Assembly: GCA_948329525.1 (NCBI GenBank)
Contig: CAOJBM010000001.1
Coordinates: 407 to 64,406 of the forward strand
Reading direction: 5' to 3'
DNA: 64,000 nt
Source of the DNA: an uncultured Mycoplasmatota bacterium
Lineage (GTDB): Bacteria > Bacillota_I > Bacilli_A > RF39 > UBA660
A program made the translations under genes and the position numbers. Positions 32,140 through 41,043 of this stretch are shown in pieces. Within the stretch, counting starts at the first letter, position 1, and every line of letters begins with the position of its first letter. Below the pieces are notes generated by a model. It saw nothing but the letters and a program-made list of their open reading frames with translations, was not told the DNA's origin and did not search any database.

Positions 32140-32181
32140 ATTTTATCCCCCCTTTGAATCATAAATTTATTTCTTCATTTT

Positions 32182-32544
32182 CTATTTTAATTTTTCTTTT
32201 TCAACTTCAGAATCTAAATCATTACTTACTTTATCCCAATCAATTAAATTTTCAATATTAGATATAAAATCTAATACTTCCTTTTTATTTTCTAAATCTA
32301 AATTTTCAAACTCATTGATAATTTTTATATCATTAATAGTACCACCATCACATGATACATAATCATCTATATCTGGTGAAAATAATTCACAACTGATTTC
32401 TATTTTATTATTTACTAATTGAATTCCTTGTAAATGTGGATTTGTCATATCAATATTTCTATAGTCCCAATCTCCACATATAATTTCAAAAACTTTTTGT
32501 TTATTCTCTAAATTTAACATTTTATCCCCCCTTTTTTTTACCAA
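32182..32544 (-). CDS. Hypothetical small acidic protein
   Basis: 120 aa. Confidence 0.3.
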   Translation of the reverse strand: MVKKRGDKMLNLENKQKVFEIICGDWDYRNIDMTNPHLQGIQLVNNKIEISCELFSPDIDDYVSCDGGTINDIKIINEFENLDLENKKEVLDFISNIENLIDWDKVSNDLDSEVEKEKLK

Positions 32545-32594
32545 TAAAAAAGACTAAACCATTTCAAGTTCAATCTCATTTACAAAAATTATTA

Positions 32595-32822
32595 TCAATT
32601 TCCACTATTTATAAATTCGTTATTACTTTTTAAAAATTGATATATACTTACTAAAAATCTTTTATCAAAAATATATGAACTATATAATTCATCATCAATC
32701 TGATCATATATTGATAATAATATATTTCCTTTTATAAATTCAATATATCTTTCTTCTCCTAACTTGTCCAATAATATAGATAACTCTTTTTCTATATTAT
32801 CAATAATTTCATTTTTCATCAT
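32595..32822 (-). CDS. Hypothetical small protein
   Basis: 75 aa. Confidence 0.25.
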   Translation of the reverse strand: MMKNEIIDNIEKELSILLDKLGEERYIEFIKGNILLSIYDQIDDELYSSYIFDKRFLVSIYQFLKSNNEFINSGN

Positions 32823-32934
32823 AATTTTCCCCCTTAAATAAAATTATGTTTGCTATAATAACACAACAATTATAAAAATAATGTCAAATTATGTCGTAAA
32901 ATTACTTTTTTTGTTTTTATTGTATAATCAATAA

Positions 32935-34383
32935 TTAAAAATAAATATTATTGTTATATTCATTATCTGATAACATCTCATAAAATTGTTTAGCAGCATC
33001 ATCTGAATCTTTTGATAATCTTCTTAAAGCATTAGACATTTTATCATGATTCTTATATCCACCATATATAAAATAATTTTCTAAAATTTTTAATCTAAAC
33101 TTTTTTCTATTATTTTGATAATATTTATTATTTTTGTCTTTATATATAATAATTGCTATTTCTCCAATAACATCTTCAAGTGATATTTTACTGGATTTCT
33201 TATTGGTTTTTCCTTTATTGTAGTCATAATTATATAAAGCATGATTAACTATTGCATTTAAAATATAATTATCTGATTTTTCTAATTTTTCTTGAATCAT
33301 TTTATTATCAAAAGCACTTTCAAATCCAGCATTAGAAATATTATTTCTTCTATCTATATCTAAAAATATCTCATTTAATTTTTCTATACTTTGTTGTATA
33401 TCTTTTTTAGATAGTTTGATTTCATCATTAGAATCAAATAATTTATTTTTTATTTCTTTAGTGATTGTTCTTATTTCATTACCAATTTCATTTTTAGGTA
33501 AAGAACCATATTTAATGTATTTTTTATTTGTATCTCTTACTTGATTTATTAAATATCCAAGCTTTACAATATCCTCTTCTAAATCTAAATCAGAAATATT
33601 TTTTAAAGTAAAATTTCTATCCTTAGGATTAAAATAATTCTGTAAATGTTCAATATCTTCATTTATTTTTATTAAAGCAGGCCTATATAATTTATTTCTT
33701 TCTATAGATAATGAAACTTGCCTTTTCATAAAATTATTTTCATTATCATCTAACTTTAATTTATACCTATGTCCTAGTTTATTATTTTTCAGTTTATAGC
33801 ATTTATTTTTTTCAATCCATGCTATATGAAAGTGATAATTATTTTCTCTATCACAATGAAGTGATACAATCCATTCTAGATTTTTTTCTGGATCTTGATA
33901 ACCTGAATACTTTAAAAATTTAGGCATTATTTTAGTGGCCACTTCTTTTTGTAAATCTTTTATATTAATATTTTCATCTACATAATCTTGATATAAAGAT
34001 AACACTGCAAGATTAACATTACTATTTTCTAAATAATCAGACCATCTGTTTTGCATATTTTCTACCATATCATCTTTTATAAAACTTCCATCTTTTAGCA
34101 TTGCCATTTCTTCTCTTCGCATTTTATTTCTTATCATTATATCATCTGATTTTTTATCACCCATAAAATAACCTAACATAGAAGAATGAGCTTTCTTTTC
34201 ATCTCTACTATAATCATAAAAACCACAAATATATTTTTTTAATTCTTCACTATAATGTTCTTTATCTTTACACTGAATATAATACCACTCATCATTTTTA
34301 TTTTTTTTATAAATTCGTAAATTATTAGAAGGATTATTAACTGCATAATATGGATGATCTATAAATACAACTTTAGAATCCAT
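32935..34383 (-). CDS. MobV/Mob_Pre-family conjugative relaxase
   Basis: Three-His motif LHCDRENNYHFHIAWIEKN aligns with MobM HLDESTPHMHMGVVPFEN (HxDE..PHxH). 482 aa with a coiled-coil C-terminal half like MobM. Confidence 0.65.
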   Translation of the reverse strand: MDSKVVFIDHPYYAVNNPSNNLRIYKKNKNDEWYYIQCKDKEHYSEELKKYICGFYDYSRDEKKAHSSMLGYFMGDKKSDDIMIRNKMRREEMAMLKDGSFIKDDMVENMQNRWSDYLENSNVNLAVLSLYQDYVDENINIKDLQKEVATKIMPKFLKYSGYQDPEKNLEWIVSLHCDRENNYHFHIAWIEKNKCYKLKNNKLGHRYKLKLDDNENNFMKRQVSLSIERNKLYRPALIKINEDIEHLQNYFNPKDRNFTLKNISDLDLEEDIVKLGYLINQVRDTNKKYIKYGSLPKNEIGNEIRTITKEIKNKLFDSNDEIKLSKKDIQQSIEKLNEIFLDIDRRNNISNAGFESAFDNKMIQEKLEKSDNYILNAIVNHALYNYDYNKGKTNKKSSKISLEDVIGEIAIIIYKDKNNKYYQNNRKKFRLKILENYFIYGGYKNHDKMSNALRRLSKDSDDAAKQFYEMLSDNEYNNNIYF

Positions 34384-34610
34384 TACTCTTTATAAGATAA
34401 TAGTTTATCTATTCTATTTAAAATTTCTACTTGTTTATTTTTTATTTCTAAATCTTCATCTAATTTTACTAATCCTAATTCTAAAAGTTCAATCAAAAAA
34501 TCATTTATAAAACTATAATTAGTATTCTTAAATTTTATAGAAATTATTTCATCAAGTTCTATAGGTAAACTTACACTTCTTCTTTTGAAATTTTTTATTC
34601 GTTCACTCAT
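34383..34610 (-). CDS. Ribbon-helix-helix relaxosome accessory protein
   Basis: KRRSVSLPIELDEIISIKF beta-strand/helix pattern; coupled to the relaxase (ATG overlaps its stop). Confidence 0.45.
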   Translation of the reverse strand: MSERIKNFKRRSVSLPIELDEIISIKFKNTNYSFINDFLIELLELGLVKLDEDLEIKNKQVEILNRIDKLLSYKE

Positions 34611-34613
34611 AAG

Positions 34614-34958
34614 CTAATCCATAATTTTATTTACATAGAAATCATTTTCTTGATAGAAATCTATTAAACTTTTATCTCCTTTAACATCATAATTTTTTTT
34701 GAAAACCATATTAGCAAAAAATTGTTCCAATAATTTTTTTTGAATATTTTCTCTATAAATAATTCTATTTAATTTATTATTTATATCTAATAACAAATCA
34801 TTTCTTGATTCTAAATTCACTGCAGTTTCAATACATTTTCTAATTGCTTGTGCTTTACTTTTAATATTATTTTGTTTCATAAACTCTGATAACAACAATG
34901 CCTCTTTCTCATATAGCTTCACACTAAACTCCATAACCAAAATTCCCCCTTTTACCAA
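34614..34958 (-). CDS. Small DNA-binding (RHH-like) protein, first gene of the mob operon
   Basis: FSVKLYEKEALLLSEFMKQNNIKSKAQAIRKCIE pattern; 114 aa. Confidence 0.3.
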   Translation of the reverse strand: MVKGGILVMEFSVKLYEKEALLLSEFMKQNNIKSKAQAIRKCIETAVNLESRNDLLLDINNKLNRIIYRENIQKKLLEQFFANMVFKKNYDVKGDKSLIDFYQENDFYVNKIMD

Positions 34959-34980
34959 AAATAGCTAAAATATTTATTGC

Positions 34981-35152
34981 AACAGGATATGGGAATGCAC
35001 CACGAAATTTCAAAACCCTTAAAAATTAAGGATTTTTCAATCTCGTAGTTGCACCAACAACCGTTTTCGCACTTGCGAAAACAACTATTTTACCCCTTTT
35101 TATAGTTGATATTTATTTAAAAAACTTATTTTACCCTTTATTTATAAGGATT
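34981..35152. repeat. Copy 2 of the ~172-bp repeated element (palindrome TTTTCGCA-ct-TGCGAAAA at 35063-35082); candidate oriT immediately upstream of the RHH-RHH-relaxase operon
   Basis: Aligns with 1972-2143. It lies 23 bp upstream of the mob operon start, which is the typical oriT position for MobV relaxases. Confidence 0.55.
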
Positions 35153-35175
35153 ATAAAACAACTATTTTTGAACTA

Positions 35176-35637
35176 TTAACTATTTTCTTTCCTTTTTCTA
35201 TATTCTAATTCGTTCACTATTTCTTTATCATCATTTTTATATTTTTCATCAATTTCAGTTAGTTCTTTTCTATATTCTTCATTTAATCTTTTAACTTCTG
35301 CAACAACTAGTTTTAATTTTTTTTCACGATTTAATCCATCAATAATTTTCTTATCAGTTAAATTTTTCATAGAAGTTTCATTATCGTAATCATAAAAAAT
35401 ATAATTGAATTTTCCTATCTTATTATCATAAACCATTGTAATATTTTTGGCAGATGTTTTAAATTCTAAATTAGAAAATTTTATTTTATCTATACTCTCA
35501 TTTTTAAAATAATAGACATCAAATTCAACATCATAATGTTGTTTTATGAGTTCCAAACTTTGTTTATATTTTAACTTTGCTTTATCTTTTTCTACGATTT
35601 TTTTCATCAAATTATCTCTATATAGCTCATCATTCAT
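35176..35637 (-). CDS. Hypothetical coiled-coil protein
   Basis: 153 aa. Confidence 0.35.
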   Translation of the reverse strand: MNDELYRDNLMKKIVEKDKAKLKYKQSLELIKQHYDVEFDVYYFKNESIDKIKFSNLEFKTSAKNITMVYDNKIGKFNYIFYDYDNETSMKNLTDKKIIDGLNREKKLKLVVAEVKRLNEEYRKELTEIDEKYKNDDKEIVNELEYRKRKENS

Positions 35638-36602
35638 AGTTCAATTTCACTATTCCTTTCTTCCTCTCTTTTAGAAATTATAATCTTCAAATTATCATTT
35701 ACATACTTGTAATTTTTCATTAACGAATCCTTATTTTTTATAAGTGCCTCATTTAAATCTTTTACTCCAGTACCAGAAATTAATGTTAAAGAAAAAGAAC
35801 TAACCTTTAATTTTTCTAGTTCTTCTTTCACAATATCTTGATACATAGCTCCAGTTTTATCATTATCAAATGCTAAAACAAAAGTACCATTATATTTATT
35901 TTCTTCTACTATTTTTAATAATCTTTTATAGTTAGGTAAACCATTGAGTGCTACTGTTTTCACATCAGAATCAATCGTTTCTAAAGATAAAGAATCTATA
36001 ATACTTTCTGTAATATAGATTAATTTATTATCACTATTAATTAAATTTTCATTCCATAAATAGCTTGTCCCTTTTGATTTTATTTTTCCATCTCCAGTAA
36101 CACTTCTAGCAAAATAACAATTTTTATTAATTGGAAAAACCACCATTTCTCTTTTTTCATCATATCCAACATTATACTTTTTTAATAGTTCTGGATTGAT
36201 TTTTCTTTCATTTAAATAATCTGTTTTATTAATTTTGCTAATACACTTCTGAAAATAATTTGTAAAATCTATCACATTATTGTCAGCTTCTACAACATCA
36301 AATTTTTTAAAAACTATCTCTGATATATTTGGATATAACTTATCAGCTATCTCCAATTTTTCTTTAAATGATTCCACTCCATAATCAAGTCCAATTAAAT
36401 CAAAAATATCATAGTGAGTACCACAAGAAAAACAATTACATATATTTCCTTTTGCATAATAACTCATACTTGGATGTCGATCTTCATGATCTGGATTTAA
36501 ACAAGTAAATGGTTGATTGATATTTATATTATGTTTAATCATTAAATAATCTGCTAACATTGGTTTAAAATTATCAATACTTTTTCTATCTATGAAAGAC
36601 AC
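35634..36602 (-). CDS. DNA primase (CHC2 zinc finger + Toprim), conjugative-element type
   Basis: CHC2 finger FTCLNPDHEDRHPSMSYYAKGNICNCFSCGTHYDIFDL; Toprim-like acidic motifs (IYITESIIDSLSL, AFDNDKTG). Confidence 0.7.
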   Translation of the reverse strand: MSFIDRKSIDNFKPMLADYLMIKHNININQPFTCLNPDHEDRHPSMSYYAKGNICNCFSCGTHYDIFDLIGLDYGVESFKEKLEIADKLYPNISEIVFKKFDVVEADNNVIDFTNYFQKCISKINKTDYLNERKINPELLKKYNVGYDEKREMVVFPINKNCYFARSVTGDGKIKSKGTSYLWNENLINSDNKLIYITESIIDSLSLETIDSDVKTVALNGLPNYKRLLKIVEENKYNGTFVLAFDNDKTGAMYQDIVKEELEKLKVSSFSLTLISGTGVKDLNEALIKNKDSLMKNYKYVNDNLKIIISKREEERNSEIEL

Positions 36603-37546
36603 TCTTCTACCTCTTTTTCTTTAAAATTGGTATCTTCATAAATAGTATTTTTTCCATAAGTTATTTTTATAATATCTTCATAATGAAGATCATTCCATCT
36701 ACCAAATGTTTCTTCAAATAAGTTTCTATCAGCTAATTTTTCAATATTATAAGTTGATAGATAGGAAGAATTATAATTATGTATAAGAGCATCTGCATTA
36801 TATTTAAATGTTTGCTCTGTTCCATCTTTATTGATAGTTAAATTTACTGTAACACAATTATTATCTTTTACAGAAGTAATTATATTTTTAATTTTATGGT
36901 AAGGATGATCTACATTATCTTCAATAGACTTCAATTGTTTTCTTTTTTCTTCTGTAATAGCAAGTCCTTTTAATATACTTGTCATATTATCTAAAATAAA
37001 ATCTCTAGCTTCTTCTTCTAAAAAAGATTCTTTATCAGTTAAATAATCTAATATATTTTGAGACTTTTCTGTAGAATATTTACGATATGAATCTTCTAAG
37101 GTATTAGATAATTTACCATTCATAAATTCACTAATTACATCACTATCAGTTATTTCTTCTGCTATTTCAACTTCACTAATATCAAAAACATCTTCTTTAC
37201 CATTATCAATTACTTCTTTAATTTTATCATTTACATCTGTATTAATCATTTTATATAAATCATCAGCATTTATATATTCTTTATTGTTGTAATCCCAATT
37301 AAGCAGATTATATCTAATGCTATATTCTATATCAAACAGTTTATCATTTTCTTTATCATATATTCCACTGTATTTAAATGGTGAATGTAAATCAAATAGT
37401 TTGCCACTATAACTCTCTAAAGCATACAAAATATCTAATTTATCATTGTAGCGAACTTTATTAACCATTACTTTTGAATTATTTCCATAATTAAATGTTT
37501 TGGAATTACTACTACTTCTTAAAAAATTAAAAAACTCTTGTTCCAA
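36590..37546 (-). CDS. Hypothetical protein (318 aa)
   Basis: ORF overlapping the primase start. Confidence 0.35.
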   Translation of the reverse strand: MEQEFFNFLRSSSNSKTFNYGNNSKVMVNKVRYNDKLDILYALESYSGKLFDLHSPFKYSGIYDKENDKLFDIEYSIRYNLLNWDYNNKEYINADDLYKMINTDVNDKIKEVIDNGKEDVFDISEVEIAEEITDSDVISEFMNGKLSNTLEDSYRKYSTEKSQNILDYLTDKESFLEEEARDFILDNMTSILKGLAITEEKRKQLKSIEDNVDHPYHKIKNIITSVKDNNCVTVNLTINKDGTEQTFKYNADALIHNYNSSYLSTYNIEKLADRNLFEETFGRWNDLHYEDIIKITYGKNTIYEDTNFKEKEVEECLS

Positions 37547-37569
37547 AATACCTTCCCCCTTTTATTCAA

Positions 37570-37797
37570 TTAATTTTTAAAATTAAATTTTTCTATAATA
37601 TCTTTCATAATCAATATTTTAATATTTAAAATATGTTTCTCTATTTCATTTTGCTCTTTCTCACACTTTTTTTCTAATTTAATAATTTCTTTTTTTATAG
37701 AACTTATTGCATCATCTATATTTTTATTTTTTAATTCATACACTTCAATTTTTGATTGAAGCTCTTGCATATTAGTTATTACTTTATTAAAATCCAT
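37570..37797 (-). CDS. Hypothetical small coiled-coil protein
   Basis: 75 aa. Confidence 0.3.
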   Translation of the reverse strand: MDFNKVITNMQELQSKIEVYELKNKNIDDAISSIKKEIIKLEKKCEKEQNEIEKHILNIKILIMKDIIEKFNFKN

Positions 37798-37811
37798 AAA
37801 AATATCACCCC

Positions 37812-38105
37812 TTACATAACTTCTAAATCTCTAGCTGGTTCAGTATGCAAATCATTATCATATAATAATTCTTCATTAATTAAACGAAAGATAGAATCAG
37901 CAAATGTGTATGATAAGTTTTCTAATAAATTTTTATCATAAGTATAGAAAACTTTATCATCTCCTATATTTTCATTTACCCAATCTAATTCTTCTGCTAC
38001 TAATAAATATTTAGCAATATCTCTAGTTGATAGTTCTCCTATTTTTTTATCTTTTAATTCATTGTAAATATCTTCAAAATTATAATAACTATTATCTGTT
38101 TGCAT
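37812..38105 (-). CDS. Hypothetical small acidic protein
   Basis: 97 aa. Confidence 0.3.
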   Translation of the reverse strand: MQTDNSYYNFEDIYNELKDKKIGELSTRDIAKYLLVAEELDWVNENIGDDKVFYTYDKNLLENLSYTFADSIFRLINEELLYDNDLHTEPARDLEVM

Positions 38106-38638
38106 TATATTTCCATCCCCTTATCTTTTAATTTTTCTTCATAAAAATCTTCAATGACTTCACACCAATCTGCCTCATAAATATATCCCTGTGTTGTTTG
38201 CCAATCCACTACATCAAATACAATATTTGCGATTTTATTTATTAATTTTTCATCAAATTTTTTTGCCTCAATAGTATGAACAACATCATTTTCTTGATAT
38301 TCGTAATAATACTCATCATGTATCAAACAATTTTTAACTTCTTCTTTTATAGAATTAGCAGTTGCTAAACCACCTTCTTCTATCAATTTTTCTTTATTTT
38401 CATTTACATAATCAACAAATAAAGTATCTGTATCAAAGCAACATTCAGCAATATAACAAACTTCATCTGGATTATTTTTAAAATTATTATAATCTTTATA
38501 ACAATACCCATTAAATGTTCCGCCTGCTACATACATTAATTTAGTATCAAAAATTGAATCTGGATCTATTACTTTTGCAATATTTCCAACATCACCTTGA
38601 TAAATATCTTCAAATTCATTTTTATATAAATAACTCAT
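38105..38638 (-). CDS. Hypothetical acidic protein
   Basis: 177 aa, Cys/Asp/Glu/Tyr-rich. Confidence 0.35.
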   Translation of the reverse strand: MSYLYKNEFEDIYQGDVGNIAKVIDPDSIFDTKLMYVAGGTFNGYCYKDYNNFKNNPDEVCYIAECCFDTDTLFVDYVNENKEKLIEEGGLATANSIKEEVKNCLIHDEYYYEYQENDVVHTIEAKKFDEKLINKIANIVFDVVDWQTTQGYIYEADWCEVIEDFYEEKLKDKGMEI

Positions 38639-39366
38639 ACTTCAATTCCTTCTTCAATTTTATTTTCTTTTGCTATTATTTCTTGCAAATCCTTATTTAT
38701 TGCATAAGCAACAGTATAAAAAGTATCATATCTTTTCATAGTCAAAGTATCTTGATGATTTACAATTGCGTTAGCTCCCATCAAAGAAAGCCCTATATAT
38801 GTCATACAACAACAAGTTAAATCAATATCATCTCCTTCAATAAGTATTTTATTAGAATCAATGCCACTATCTAGCAGTTCACTATAAGCAGCATAAAGAT
38901 TTCTACCACTTCCACATGCTGGATCTGATATATTAATATATCCTTTTTCATCAATCTTCTTTTTACTTTCTTCCTTATTTATTGTTAATTTTGCCATTAC
39001 ATTACAAAGTTGTATGGGTGTAAAAAATTGAGCAGATCCTTTTTTAGTTAATCCTAATTCTTCATATATATCACCAAGAATATCAATTGGTTCTTCTGCT
39101 TTTTCATATTCATTTACTAATGCCACTAAAATTTGAGGAAATAGATTTCTTTCATTTTCTTCATATTTATTGATAATTCTTAAATATTCATTTTCTCTAT
39201 CTTCAGTTTTATCAACAGCATTTGCAAAAGAATAAGCTATACAAGTTACCACATCTCTAAATGCTTCATTTACTCCAAATCTTCTACCTAATGTTTTTAA
39301 AGAATTTTCTATAAACTTTTTATCTAATACTTCTTCTTTAGATTCTTTTTTAATATTCGTAGTCAT
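38635..39366 (-). CDS. N6-adenine DNA methyltransferase-like protein lacking a recognisable catalytic (N/D)PP(Y/F) motif
   Basis: Motif X-like GSAQFFTP and SAM-binding motif I ISDPACGSGRNLY are present. No NPPY/DPPY follows; that region reads EGDDIDLTCCCMTY. Only 243 aa. Confidence 0.5.
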   Translation of the reverse strand: MTTNIKKESKEEVLDKKFIENSLKTLGRRFGVNEAFRDVVTCIAYSFANAVDKTEDRENEYLRIINKYEENERNLFPQILVALVNEYEKAEEPIDILGDIYEELGLTKKGSAQFFTPIQLCNVMAKLTINKEESKKKIDEKGYINISDPACGSGRNLYAAYSELLDSGIDSNKILIEGDDIDLTCCCMTYIGLSLMGANAIVNHQDTLTMKRYDTFYTVAYAINKDLQEIIAKENKIEEGIEV

Positions 39367-39778
39367 AAGTATTCTCTCTTAATTTTTCCCTAATATTTTC
39401 ATACAAATTATTAACTGTTTCTTCAAATCCAAACCAAGCAAGTAAATTCTTATTAGAGTAATCAATTATAAGTGGATCTTCCTTATCAAACTTATCCCCA
39501 AATAATTCTTCCATAGAACAACCAGTTCCATCAATAACATTAGATAATAGATCATTTATTTCTTCTTTATATTCATCAAAAAATTTTTCTGTATCATCAT
39601 AATAGATTAGCTCTCCTATCATTCCAGATACACAACCATATTGTTGTAAATCTTCCATACTTCTAAGCAAATCATCTGCTGAATCATAATCTACACTCTC
39701 ATCAATATAATAATCTAAGACATGATTCGTAAGTCTGTTGTAACCTTTTAAATCTTCTAAAATATCTTTAATCATCAA
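39350..39778 (-). CDS. Hypothetical acidic protein
   Basis: 142 aa, strongly acidic. Confidence 0.35.
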   Translation of the reverse strand: MMIKDILEDLKGYNRLTNHVLDYYIDESVDYDSADDLLRSMEDLQQYGCVSGMIGELIYYDDTEKFFDEYKEEINDLLSNVIDGTGCSMEELFGDKFDKEDPLIIDYSNKNLLAWFGFEETVNNLYENIREKLRENTYDYEY

Positions 39779-39992
39779 TTCTTTCCTCTCCTATATAAAA
39801 ATAAACTGATGTATCTAATACTTCACATATATTTAGCATTTCATAAAAGTCTGGATTTTTAATACGACCATTTTCAATATCTATAATGGTTTCTCTATCA
39901 ACATGAGATAATCTAGATAATTTTGTACGAGACATACCCCAAGACATTCTTTCTCTTTTAATTTCTTTACCAAAATTCTTTTTCCATATCAT
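39768..39992 (-). CDS. XRE-family HTH transcriptional regulator
   Basis: LSRLSHVDRETIIDIENGRIKNPDFYEMLNICEVL HTH_3 pattern. Confidence 0.6.
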   Translation of the reverse strand: MIWKKNFGKEIKRERMSWGMSRTKLSRLSHVDRETIIDIENGRIKNPDFYEMLNICEVLDTSVYFYIGEERIDD

Positions 39993-40035
39993 TTTATAAC
40001 CCCCTCTTTATAAAAAAAGCAAAGGGAAACTATTT

Positions 40036-41043
40036 TCAGTTTCCCTCATACTGTGTAAAATCTATATAAGCAATTGCATCTAGCAAATTGCCATCTTTAT
40101 CTTTTAATCCTAAATGCAAATGAGGACCAGTAGAAGTTCCTGTAGTAGAAGTTCTACCTAATAAATCCCCTTTTTTAACCATAGAACCCCTTTTAATTCC
40201 AAAAGGTTGACTGTTAAATTGTAAATGCCAATACATAGCTGTTAAACCATTATTGCAAGTAACCATCATATAATTACCAGTTGAATTACCAGATTCTTTA
40301 AATGGTAAATCATTTGCTTGTGTATTAGTTACATTAGAAACTATTCCATCACACATACTATAAAAGTTTGTACCTGTTGGTACTGCTAAATCCCAACCAG
40401 AATGGAAATTTGTACTTGCTTGTGCTGCCTCTGATATATTTCCTAAATCAACATTTCTATGTTCAAATACAATAGATGTAACTGTAAAATTAGTTTTAAG
40501 TGGAAAAGCGTAAGGCAATGGATAATATACTTCATCATAATCATTACTTTCTGTTATATCTTTACCATCTACATTACATAAATCAATTACATCAATAGCA
40601 ACACCATTTGCATTTACTCCACTTTCAATATTAAAAGTTGGAATAGATGGATCACTCTTTAAATTTTTACAAACTGTTTTAATAGGTATCATTTGTTTTT
40701 CTTCTGCATTAACATTATCCAAATATGCCTTATCCCATAATTCATTGCTTAAATTAGATGTATCTAATACATTATTTGTTCTTTGAAGATAAAACACCAT
40801 TCTTTCCAATGGAACATAACCTTTAGTTAACAAATATTTATTTAATAATAATCTATATCTTTCAGCATATAATTGACTATTTATTACCTTAGAATTTGCT
40901 CTCATTTGATTTGCCTGTTCATTAATGTATGCTTCACCTACTTTATAGCCACATACTGCTATAACTACGATCATAATAAGTGCTACTAAAAATCCTACAA
41001 CTAAAGTAATCAGAAATGCTTTTATTTTTAATAATTTTCCCAT
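40036..41043 (-). CDS. M23-family peptidoglycan endopeptidase (conjugation cell-wall hydrolase)
   Basis: N-terminal TM anchor; HSGWDLAVPTGT (HxxxD) and GPHLHLG (HxH) metal-binding motifs. Confidence 0.8.
   Translation of the reverse strand: MGKLLKIKAFLITLVVGFLVALIMIVVIAVCGYKVGEAYINEQANQMRANSKVINSQLYAERYRLLLNKYLLTKGYVPLERMVFYLQRTNNVLDTSNLSNELWDKAYLDNVNAEEKQMIPIKTVCKNLKSDPSIPTFNIESGVNANGVAIDVIDLCNVDGKDITESNDYDEVYYPLPYAFPLKTNFTVTSIVFEHRNVDLGNISEAAQASTNFHSGWDLAVPTGTNFYSMCDGIVSNVTNTQANDLPFKESGNSTGNYMMVTCNNGLTAMYWHLQFNSQPFGIKRGSMVKKGDLLGRTSTTGTSTGPHLHLGLKDKDGNLLDAIAYIDFTQYEGN

Noticed and set aside
1972-35152. The two 172-bp repeats as attL/attR of an element spanning 2.1-35 kb
   Set aside because: The interval contains core housekeeping genes (rpsF-ssb-rpsR, ychF, parAB, ftsH, tilS). 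It also contains only part of the conjugation module, so it cannot be a discrete insertion.
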